The notes under the pieces were generated by a model. The model did not search any database. It saw only the letters and a program-made list of their open reading frames with translations, and was not told where the DNA came from. Made by a program: the position numbers and the translations under genes. Shown here piece after piece: positions 6,605-14,180 of a stretch of 32,000 nt of DNA (within the stretch, counting starts at the first letter, position 1; each line of letters starts with the position of its first letter). Source of the stretch: Lachnospiraceae bacterium (GTDB lineage: Bacteria > Bacillota > Clostridia > Lachnospirales > Lachnospiraceae). The stretch is taken from contig SVEG01000002.1 of NCBI GenBank assembly GCA_015057505.1, positions 147,910-179,909 of the forward strand, written 5' to 3'.

Positions 6605-8923
6605 ATGACTGATTTTTTTGTTGAACCTAATCTTGTATCAAAAACTAAAGGAAGCTTTATTTATTTGAGCAATCAACCCGTGACGGAACTATCTTTGCTG
6701 ATGTCCGGTAAGGTAACCGTAGTCCGTGGTAATACGTCATTCGAAGCAAAGCCCGGAGAAATCATCGGTCTGTATGACATTATGGCTGACAAATACGATT
6801 ATACCTACATTGCTGCCGAAAACTGCATTTTAATGACATTATCCGGCACAAACATCGGCGCGCTTGAGAAGGACCTTACTATGTATCCCAATATACGTGG
6901 TGCACTTGTATCTTCCATGGGTAAGCTCGCAGTGTATCTTTCCACACAGTATAATAAATATATGCGCCAGACAGAATCTCTGTGCACGTTTCTCAACACC
7001 AAGTTCGAAAGCTATAAAGCACTGTGCAATGATAATTTGATATCCCTTCCTGAACTTTCAGATATGTCAGAAGATTTCTCTCTACTGTCGAATGACTTAG
7101 AGTCAGATTCTTCTGATTACATAAATTATTATAACGAACTGCTTAAAATGGAATCATCAATCTGCAACACTTTCTATGAAGCAAGTGAATACATTGCTCT
7201 TACCCATTTTAAAGAGGCTTTTGAACTTTGTGAAGACTATTCCCAACATCTTAAGGATGTTCTTGCAAGGCTAAAGAAGGCCGGCATGCATATTATCGGT
7301 ACTGACAGTAACTGCCTTTTCGGAATGTATTGCGAGCTTCAGTCTGAGCTTCTAAAATCCGGACGTAATACTGCTCTTACTTATCGAAATATTACGGAGA
7401 TGTTTTCACATGCTCAGCTTATCGGCATCAACAAGACTTTACTTGCCAATGCCTCTGCCTTGGTTAACGAGATTTCTAAAAATACTGCTGATGCGCTTGC
7501 AAAAGGCGACTCCTCACAAAAGGAAATATCCACAGATGATTTGGAGAAAATCAAACAAACTGCCACAGGAATGCTTGATAAGCTTCTTGCCTACTCCAAT
7601 CTACCCTCAGACGCACTCATTCCCTTTAAAGATGCTGTCCTTGCGTTTCGCAATCTCAAAGACAAGAGTGATACGAGTGAAACTACTACCACCATTCGCA
7701 AGACAATTGCAAAACATTTTTATCCTATATATGAAGCAATCTTTTTTAAATATGTGGAAACCGGTGCCAGAAATAAGCTCGTGGAGTTGTTTCTTAACAC
7801 CTGCCTTATTGACGAAAATCTTGTATCGGAGAGCCAATTGCAGGAGCTCTTCACAATGAATATTGATTCTGTCAAGGATATTAACGGTTTTCAGATATAT
7901 ACAATGTACGAATGGCTACTTGAGATATTTAGGGGCAATCAGGAACCTTCACGTAACGAATTTGATCAGGACTATGCGGCGACAATTCGTGATCGTAAAC
8001 GAACTGAGAAGCTTACGGACACACAGGTAACCACAATGATGATGGACAAAAAAGCGAAGACCAAATTTGAAATTCAGAATTTCTTCCGTTCCTCACACAG
8101 AATTACCTGCGGTCAGATTCTTGGATTTTGTCCTATTTTGTACAGTGACTATCATGATGAGCAGTTCTCTTCTCTTTTTGTTTCAAAGAAAAGAGTAACC
8201 GATACTTTTGCAAAATACAGAGCGCTTGATTTTTCAATTTTTTATAGAACTGTCCCCTACGAAATCAACCGATTCGGTCTTGAGAAGGAAATCCTTCAAA
8301 AAGAAGTTCTTCCTTGTATTATCCTTAATCCGATAATCGGCCAAAAAGGTATTATGTGGCAGGAGCTTGCCGGTGCAAAAAAAGATACACCCGCCCGCTT
8401 CTCCTTCCCTATCTTATTCAGGGGTGACTTTAACACTTGTGTTCTCCGCTCCTTCGGTCAATTCCGTTGGGAATTATGCAAGAACATTGAAGGTCCGCAC
8501 TGGAGCGACATACGCCAGAAATCCCTTACTTCGGAGTACTTTGATTACATCTCTTACTACAAGAAGAACCATGAGATTTCAACTGAAGCCAAGGAGAAAA
8601 TCAAGACAGTACTCACTAAATATCACAATAATTTTAAAGAAGTATTTACCAACGATTACTTAGCATACATGACCTACGAATCCGGCGGAGCATCACGCCT
8701 TAACAAGGTTGCACGTGCAATACTCTTCCGCTACTGCCCGTTTAGTATAGAAACACGTAAGTCACTGCTTTCCAGTCCGGTATATACCGACTTAATCGCT
8801 TATCACGATAAAAACTGTGCTGCAAAGCTTCGCCGAATCGGCGGTGTTCTTGCCACCATCACCAATAACGGCGGCGACATCACACCTGAACTTGAAGTTA
8901 ATCGTAACTTCTACACATTATAA
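6605..8923 (+). CDS. Large cytoplasmic protein of unknown function, 772 aa, with an N-terminal cNMP-binding/cupin-like beta-barrel segment
   Basis: The long ORF starts 54 nt after the SBP gene, with a GAGGT RBS. The N-terminal ~110 aa (KVTVVRGNTSFEAKPGEIIGLYDI...AAENCILMTL) resemble a Crp/cNMP-binding barrel. The rest is helical with no TM segment and no motif I recognise. Confidence 0.6.
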   Translation: MTDFFVEPNLVSKTKGSFIYLSNQPVTELSLLMSGKVTVVRGNTSFEAKPGEIIGLYDIMADKYDYTYIAAENCILMTLSGTNIGALEKDLTMYPNIRGALVSSMGKLAVYLSTQYNKYMRQTESLCTFLNTKFESYKALCNDNLISLPELSDMSEDFSLLSNDLESDSSDYINYYNELLKMESSICNTFYEASEYIALTHFKEAFELCEDYSQHLKDVLARLKKAGMHIIGTDSNCLFGMYCELQSELLKSGRNTALTYRNITEMFSHAQLIGINKTLLANASALVNEISKNTADALAKGDSSQKEISTDDLEKIKQTATGMLDKLLAYSNLPSDALIPFKDAVLAFRNLKDKSDTSETTTTIRKTIAKHFYPIYEAIFFKYVETGARNKLVELFLNTCLIDENLVSESQLQELFTMNIDSVKDINGFQIYTMYEWLLEIFRGNQEPSRNEFDQDYAATIRDRKRTEKLTDTQVTTMMMDKKAKTKFEIQNFFRSSHRITCGQILGFCPILYSDYHDEQFSSLFVSKKRVTDTFAKYRALDFSIFYRTVPYEINRFGLEKEILQKEVLPCIILNPIIGQKGIMWQELAGAKKDTPARFSFPILFRGDFNTCVLRSFGQFRWELCKNIEGPHWSDIRQKSLTSEYFDYISYYKKNHEISTEAKEKIKTVLTKYHNNFKEVFTNDYLAYMTYESGGASRLNKVARAILFRYCPFSIETRKSLLSSPVYTDLIAYHDKNCAAKLRRIGGVLATITNNGGDITPELEVNRNFYTL

Positions 8924-8945
8924 TCAAAATCAACAGAAACTATGC

Positions 8946-8974
8946 TTGACACTTTTAGCTATTTTGATTATAAT
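8946..8974 (+). promoter_or_regulatory. Sigma-A type promoter for the T-box leader
   Basis: TTGACA (8946-8951), a 17-nt spacer, then TATAAT (8969-8974). Both hexamers match consensus perfectly. Confidence 0.8.
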
Positions 8975-8996
8975 ATTGAAAATGCTAATAAATAAA

Positions 8997-9267
8997 GACA
9001 ATGAAGAGAAGAGTATTCTTGTTGCGCATCCACAGAGAGTTCCCGTAAGCTGAGAGGGAATGGTTCGGGCAGGAAGAAACAAGCCTCGGAGTCGCATACG
9101 GATCTTATTTTTATAAGTGATGCTATGACGCATGGTTCACGTTACGAATCGGAGTGTGTAATGCACTTACTGAGGTTCATACAGTGATGTATGAATGCAC
9201 CGGGTGGCACCGCGATATATGTTTATATTCGCCCCTGTGGAAATCTCCACAGGGGTATTTTTATTTT
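8997..9267 (+). promoter_or_regulatory. T-box riboswitch leader (tRNA-sensing transcription attenuator)
   Basis: Stem I spans 8997-9093. It has K-turn halves GAC-A-AUGA and GGA-GUC, an AGUA box (GAGTA, 9011-9015), an AG bulge AGAGAG (9034-9039) and a distal loop GTAAGCTGAGA (9045-9055). An F-box-like CGTTA lies at ~9140. The T-box sequence is AATGCACCGGGTGGCACCGCG (9194-9214). The antiterminator (GGG-UGGCACC-GCG...CGC-CCC) competes with the terminator at 9232-9267. Confidence 0.9.
9232..9267 (+). terminator. T-box leader intrinsic terminator
   Basis: CCCCTGTGG (9232-9240), loop AAATCT, CCACAGGGG (9247-9255), then TATTTTTATTTT. Confidence 0.9.
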
Positions 9268-9283
9268 CAAAGGAGAGACTCAC

Positions 9284-11278
9284 ATGATTAACAGACGAAT
9301 CAGACCGGACGAGCGTCCGATTTTCCCCAAAAGAGCCGTTGTTACGGCAGGTATGCCCTACGGCAACAAAACACTTCACTTCGGCCATGTAGGCGGAATG
9401 TTCCTTCACGCTGACACATTTGCACGTTTCCTTCGTGACAGAATAGGCAAGGAAAATGTTATCTTCGTTTCAGGTACGGACTGCTATGGTTCACCTATCG
9501 TAGAAGCTTACCGCAAGCTCGTTGAACAAGGATTTGACGGAACTATTGAAGATTATGTAATGGGCAATCACGAAAAGCAGAAACAGACTCTTGAGGATTA
9601 CGAAATCGGCCTTAACCTTTACGGTGCATCCGCTTTCGGCGATACAGGTAAAATGCATACAGAAGTTTCTGACTTTGTTTTTGAACGTTTATATGAGAAC
9701 GGCTGGCTTGAAAAGCTTTCCACACCACAGTTTTTTGACCCTGACAAAGAAGTGTTCTTAAACGGTCGTCAGGTTGTAGGAAAATGCCCCATCGAGGGTT
9801 GTTGCTCTGAAAAAGCTTACGCTGACGAATGTGCACTCGGTCATCAGTACATGCCTACTGATTTGATTGACCCGATCAGTACTCTTTCCGGCAAAAAGCC
9901 TTTAATCAAGAATGTTACCAACTGGTATTTTAAGTTAGAAGAATGCACGGAGCTTATGACAGAATACATCCAGTCACTTCGTGCAAACACCAACACACGT
10001 AAATATCAGTTAAATACAATAGAGGAATTTTTAAAACCTCCGTACATCTATGTACAGAGAAAGAACATCGAAGATCTTGCCGCGCTCGAAGCAGAGTTTC
10101 CTGAGCATGAGACAATTGATGAAGAAAAGAAGCCTTCCATTACTTTTGTTTTTCGCAATCTTGACGGACGTGACAAGGCCCGTGCAGTGCTTGACGCCAA
10201 GTCCATCCGCTACAGAACAGGTAAGACTCTCGTTCCTTTCCGTCTTTCAGGTAATATCAAATGGGGCGTTCCCGTTCCCGACAAGGAAGACATGAAGGAT
10301 ATGACATTCTGGGTATGGCCCGAGTCATTGTGGGCACCGATTTCCTTCTCCCGTACTTTCCTCGCAAAACAGGGTACAGACGAGAACGAATGGAAAAAAT
10401 GGTGGGATGACGATGATGCTTGTGTTTACCAGTTCATCGGTGAAGACAATATTTACTTCTACGGTATCGCAGAGATGGCTATGGCCGTTGCTCTTAAAAA
10501 CAAATACTACGATACACCGGATTTGAGCAAGGTTCATTTTCCTCACTTAATCGCAAATAACCACGTTTTATTCATGGATAAAAAAGCAAGCAGCAGCTCA
10601 GAGATTAAGCCTCCGATGGCAGACGAGCTTTTGGAATTCTACACAGCAGAGCAGCTCAGAATGCATTTCTTAAGCCTCGGTCTTTCAACCAAGAGCGTTG
10701 GTTTCAAGCCGCAGGTTTACATGCCTGAAAATGAGCGTCAAGGTCAGGATACGGTACTTAAGGAAGGTAACCTTCTTACGAACGTATTTAACCGACTTAT
10801 CCGCTCCTGCTTCTACTCAATCCAGTCATATTATGACTGCAAGATACCGGAAGGAACTGTTGATGAGAAGATTCTCACACTTGCAAAAGATGCAGTACTT
10901 GAATATGAGCATCACATGTACAACCATGATTTCCATAGAATCACTTATGTACTTGACAGCTTTATCCGCGAAATCAACAAGCACTGGGTAAATAACATTA
11001 AGGTTGCAGAAAAAGAAGAAAACGACGCACTTCGTCGCCAGATTTTAGTAGATTGCTTCTACGGAATCAAGGTAATTTCTACTCTCCTTCATCCTATCGC
11101 ACCTGTAGGTTGTGAAATGGTTAGAGAGTACCTCAATGTAGATGAACGTCTCTGGAGCTGGGATTATATCCTTGAGCCGCTTGCAGCACTTATGAGCGAC
11201 AATCATGAATTCAAGTTCCTTGAGCCGAAGGTTGATTTCTTTAAGAAATTAGATTGCCAGTTTGGTGCTAATGAATAA
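9284..11278 (+). CDS. Class I aminoacyl-tRNA ligase of the methionyl-tRNA synthetase family, 664 aa. Divergent: the KMSKS loop reads KASSS, and there is no C-terminal tRNA-binding domain.
   Basis: HIGH motif as MPYGNKTLHFGH, GTDCYG (vs GTDEHG) and a zinc-knuckle region GKCPIEGCCSEKAYADEC. The block YMPTDLIDPISTLSGKKP...NWYFKL is collinear with E. coli MetG as I recall it. Start moved to the ATG at 9284 (AAGGAGAG RBS) because the ORF-track start at 9191 lies inside the T-box leader. Confidence 0.8.
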   Translation: MINRRIRPDERPIFPKRAVVTAGMPYGNKTLHFGHVGGMFLHADTFARFLRDRIGKENVIFVSGTDCYGSPIVEAYRKLVEQGFDGTIEDYVMGNHEKQKQTLEDYEIGLNLYGASAFGDTGKMHTEVSDFVFERLYENGWLEKLSTPQFFDPDKEVFLNGRQVVGKCPIEGCCSEKAYADECALGHQYMPTDLIDPISTLSGKKPLIKNVTNWYFKLEECTELMTEYIQSLRANTNTRKYQLNTIEEFLKPPYIYVQRKNIEDLAALEAEFPEHETIDEEKKPSITFVFRNLDGRDKARAVLDAKSIRYRTGKTLVPFRLSGNIKWGVPVPDKEDMKDMTFWVWPESLWAPISFSRTFLAKQGTDENEWKKWWDDDDACVYQFIGEDNIYFYGIAEMAMAVALKNKYYDTPDLSKVHFPHLIANNHVLFMDKKASSSSEIKPPMADELLEFYTAEQLRMHFLSLGLSTKSVGFKPQVYMPENERQGQDTVLKEGNLLTNVFNRLIRSCFYSIQSYYDCKIPEGTVDEKILTLAKDAVLEYEHHMYNHDFHRITYVLDSFIREINKHWVNNIKVAEKEENDALRRQILVDCFYGIKVISTLLHPIAPVGCEMVREYLNVDERLWSWDYILEPLAALMSDNHEFKFLEPKVDFFKKLDCQFGANE

Positions 11279-11284
11279 TTTCTA

Positions 11285-11487
11285 AAATAATTGCGACAAA
11301 CGCAGATAAAAACTCGGGCAAATTTGTTCTTCAAAAACCAGATATGCCAAACATTCCAATGAGCCCTTAAACTCAAAAATGTTTCAGCAAAGGCTTCAAC
11401 ATTTTTAAGGTCTCATTTCCATGGCATATAAAGGTTTTCTCAAGACAAATTTGCCCGAGTTTTATATCTGCAGTTTCGCAATTATTT
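11285..11487. repeat. ~200-bp imperfect palindrome between the convergent MetRS-like and flavodiiron genes. It is probably a bidirectional terminator, and possibly a miniature repeat element.
   Basis: Outer arms AAATAATTGCGA..AAAACTCGGGCAAATTTGT (11285-11327) and ACAAATTTGCCCGAGTTTT..TCGCAATTATTT (11445-11487). Inner pairings are AAAACC/GGTTTT, ATATGCCA/TGGCATAT, AATGAG/CTCATT and AAAAATGTT/AACATTTTT, around a 14-nt loop at ~11384-11397. Confidence 0.8.
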
Positions 11488-11552
11488 ACTATATACTTCG
11501 CAGATTACAAAGAAGGCTACCACATAATTATAATATGCAATAGCCTTGTGCT

Positions 11553-12704
11553 TTAAATCAATGTACTTGCAAGTACCTCTAACTGCACCTTATTCTCCTC
11601 TGCAAGCGCCGACTTAACGGTTACCGTATTTTCAATAAAATCAATTTCCTTGCTGTTCTCAAGCATCTTCTTCATAACCTTAGCCGCTGTCGGTGCCCAT
11701 GAACCATTCTCGATAAATGCCACCGTACGCTTCTGGTAGTTACGCTCTGTAAGGTGATTTATGAACTCCTTCATGTGCGGAAATACATCTCCGTTATAAG
11801 TAACTGATGCAAGTACAAGCTTGCCATAGCGGAAAGCATCCTCAACTGCCTCTGCCATATCTTCTCTTGCGAGGTCGCATACAACAACCTTCGGGCAACC
11901 CTTGGCTGTAAGAAGCTTCTCAAGCTCAAGTACCGCCTCCTTGGTGTGTCCGTATATTGATGAGTAGGCAATCATAACGCCTTCGCTCTCAACTTTGTAA
12001 GAAGACCAAATATCGTACAAATTGATATAATATCCGAGATTCTCGGTAAGTACCGGGCCGTGGAGCGGGCAGATTGTCTGAATGTCAAGTGTTGCCGCTT
12101 TTTTAAGAAGTGCCTGCACCTGTGCCCCGTATTTACCAACGATTCCGATATAGTAACGGCGAGCCTCACATGCCCAGTCCTCTTCCACGTCAAGTGCACC
12201 GAATTTGCCAAAGCCATCTGCAGAAAAAAGTACCTTATCAGCAGAATCATAAGTAACCATAACCTCGGGCCAGTGTACCATCGGTGCCATCACAAATGTA
12301 AGTGTATGCTTACCGAGCGAAAGTGTATCGCCCTCTCCTACAACCACTCTTCTGTCTGCAAAATCAGTTCCGAAAAACTGCTTCATCATCGTAAAAGCTT
12401 TTGACGAAGCAACAACTGTTGCACCAACATACTTGTCCATAAACTTCTTAATATTGGCAGAATGATCCGGTTCCATATGCTGAACGATTAAATAATCAGG
12501 AGTTTTTCCGGCAAGTACGCTCTCAATATTAGCAAGCCACTCCTCACCAAAATTTGCATCAACCGAATCCATAACCGCTATCTTCTTGTCCATAATCACA
12601 TAAGAATTATATGCCATGCCGTTCTCTACGACATACTGTCCCTCGAATAAATCTACCTTATGGTCATTAACACCAACATACTTGATATCATCTGTAATAA
12701 ACAT
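11553..12704 (-). CDS. Flavodiiron protein (FprA-type O2/NO reductase): metallo-beta-lactamase-like domain plus flavodoxin-like domain
   Basis: Di-iron motif HMEPDHS (H-x-E-x-D-H). The flavodoxin-like C-terminal half includes VMIAYSSIYGHTKEAV. 383 aa. AAAGGAGAG RBS. Confidence 0.85.
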   Translation of the reverse strand: MFITDDIKYVGVNDHKVDLFEGQYVVENGMAYNSYVIMDKKIAVMDSVDANFGEEWLANIESVLAGKTPDYLIVQHMEPDHSANIKKFMDKYVGATVVASSKAFTMMKQFFGTDFADRRVVVGEGDTLSLGKHTLTFVMAPMVHWPEVMVTYDSADKVLFSADGFGKFGALDVEEDWACEARRYYIGIVGKYGAQVQALLKKAATLDIQTICPLHGPVLTENLGYYINLYDIWSSYKVESEGVMIAYSSIYGHTKEAVLELEKLLTAKGCPKVVVCDLAREDMAEAVEDAFRYGKLVLASVTYNGDVFPHMKEFINHLTERNYQKRTVAFIENGSWAPTAAKVMKKMLENSKEIDFIENTVTVKSALAEENKVQLEVLASTLI

Positions 12705-12878
12705 TTTATCTCTCCTTTAAAATTCATGTACTTAGGATCATACTCGCAAACCTGCATCTCGTGTTTATTGTCTGCTTAGCAGACGGTTTGCATTGCTCAC
12801 ATTATATCATGTCACAAACACTTTGAAAAGTAGATAAATATAGCAGATTTGTTGCAAACCATTCAGTCTGTAAACGAC

Positions 12879-13418
12879 CTATCCATTCTCTGTTTTATCG
12901 TCTTTTTTGAAGCTATAGCCAACTCTGTAAACCACATATCCCACAATCATTAAAACTATTGAAGTAAAAAGTAAAACTTTCGCATAGCCTAAGTAACTGT
13001 TTAAATAGCTTAATCCGGCAACATTATCGCCGATAGTAACCGCAGAAGACGAATCTCTTTGTCGTTCAAAAATAATAGTGTTTAGCCAGATTGTAGCCTT
13101 GTATGAAACAAATATATCAATAACAAAATACGTTATGTATGTATATGCCGCCACAGCAATATCTGTAATTACATTCAACTTCTTCTGCGTATTCATCATT
13201 ATGAATAACCACACGAAAACCAATCCGAATAAAACCACTCTTGCTAACGCCCCACCAAACCGAATGCTGTCAAACGGCAGGTCGTATCCGCCCGAATGTC
13301 CGCACAAAAACAGCACTATGCTCGGGCATTTTAAAATTACTACTGCACTCAAAAAATAAATAATCTGCATTATTGCTGCTATTACTAAAAATATTTTTGC
13401 TGTTTTACTTGTATTCAT
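12879..13418 (-). CDS. Hypothetical polytopic membrane protein, 179 aa
   Basis: Five or so hydrophobic helices. It starts 12 nt after the HAD gene stop, with a GGAGGAG RBS. No recognisable motif. Confidence 0.6.
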   Translation of the reverse strand: MNTSKTAKIFLVIAAIMQIIYFLSAVVILKCPSIVLFLCGHSGGYDLPFDSIRFGGALARVVLFGLVFVWLFIMMNTQKKLNVITDIAVAAYTYITYFVIDIFVSYKATIWLNTIIFERQRDSSSAVTIGDNVAGLSYLNSYLGYAKVLLFTSIVLMIVGYVVYRVGYSFKKDDKTENG

Positions 13419-13430
13419 TACTTCTCCTCC

Positions 13431-14159
13431 TTACTCACTAAACAAGTCCATTAACTCTTTCCAATTCTCTATTGTAAGAACATCTTGCCTTGGCTCATAC
13501 TTCATATCAATTGCCCCGATATACCAAACCGGAAATATGCCTGCCTCTCTTGCCCCAACAATATCACACTGATACTGATCTCCGATATACCACACCTCTT
13601 CCGGTAGCAGTCCGGCCTTTTCCAATGCCAATTCAAATATACGTTTATTGGGTTTACGATATAAATATTCACTGGTTGCAATAATAAACTCAAAATCATT
13701 ATCAGGAATACAACTATTAATCCTTTTAGCAACAGCATTTCCGCAATATGAAATATTACTGATTACACCTGTACGAACATGGTTCTCTTTTAAAAATGTC
13801 AGAAACTCCTTAATTTCCTCGGTCGGTTTACCAGGGGCAGCCACATCCCAAAACACACTGTCAATTTCTTCCGAACTCAATGCAATTTCAATTCCTTGCG
13901 ATTCATACAAATATTTTGTAAACATATGATTAGGGACTTCTACTTGAAACAGGTGTCTCTTTTCTGGATCAAAACGTCCCAACTCCCGATTCAATTCGTT
14001 TGCATAAGCTTGCACTTCCTCAGCAGATTTATTGTACTTATTTTTTGTGGCATATTTAAGAACAGCCTCTGTTCCCTTTACACCATCAAACGACTGTTCA
14101 TTTACCAAAGTTTGTCCATAATCAAACAAAATCATCTTAGGCTTTTTCATTTCTGTCAC
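13431..14159 (-). CDS. HAD-superfamily hydrolase, subfamily IA-like, with an atypical motif I
   Basis: Motif I reads ILFDYGQTL (D-x-G-x-T instead of D-x-D-x-T). Motif II is GVISN, and motif IV is YIGDQYQCDIVGAREAG. Confidence 0.7.
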   Translation of the reverse strand: MTEMKKPKMILFDYGQTLVNEQSFDGVKGTEAVLKYATKNKYNKSAEEVQAYANELNRELGRFDPEKRHLFQVEVPNHMFTKYLYESQGIEIALSSEEIDSVFWDVAAPGKPTEEIKEFLTFLKENHVRTGVISNISYCGNAVAKRINSCIPDNDFEFIIATSEYLYRKPNKRIFELALEKAGLLPEEVWYIGDQYQCDIVGAREAGIFPVWYIGAIDMKYEPRQDVLTIENWKELMDLFSE

Positions 14160-14180
14160 ATCCTTACTTTATTACTTATT

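Noticed and set aside
9060-9062. AUG as the T-box specifier codon for methionine
   Set aside because: It lies immediately 3' of GGGAA, which pairs with TTCCC to close the distal loop. That places it in the upper Stem I helix, not in the specifier loop next to the K-turn-proximal helix.
9191-9283. ORF-track N-terminal extension of the MetRS-like gene (start at 9191)
   Set aside because: It would be translated through the T-box sequence and the leader terminator. The ATG at 9284 has an AAGGAGAG RBS, and the HIGH region follows at the normal distance.
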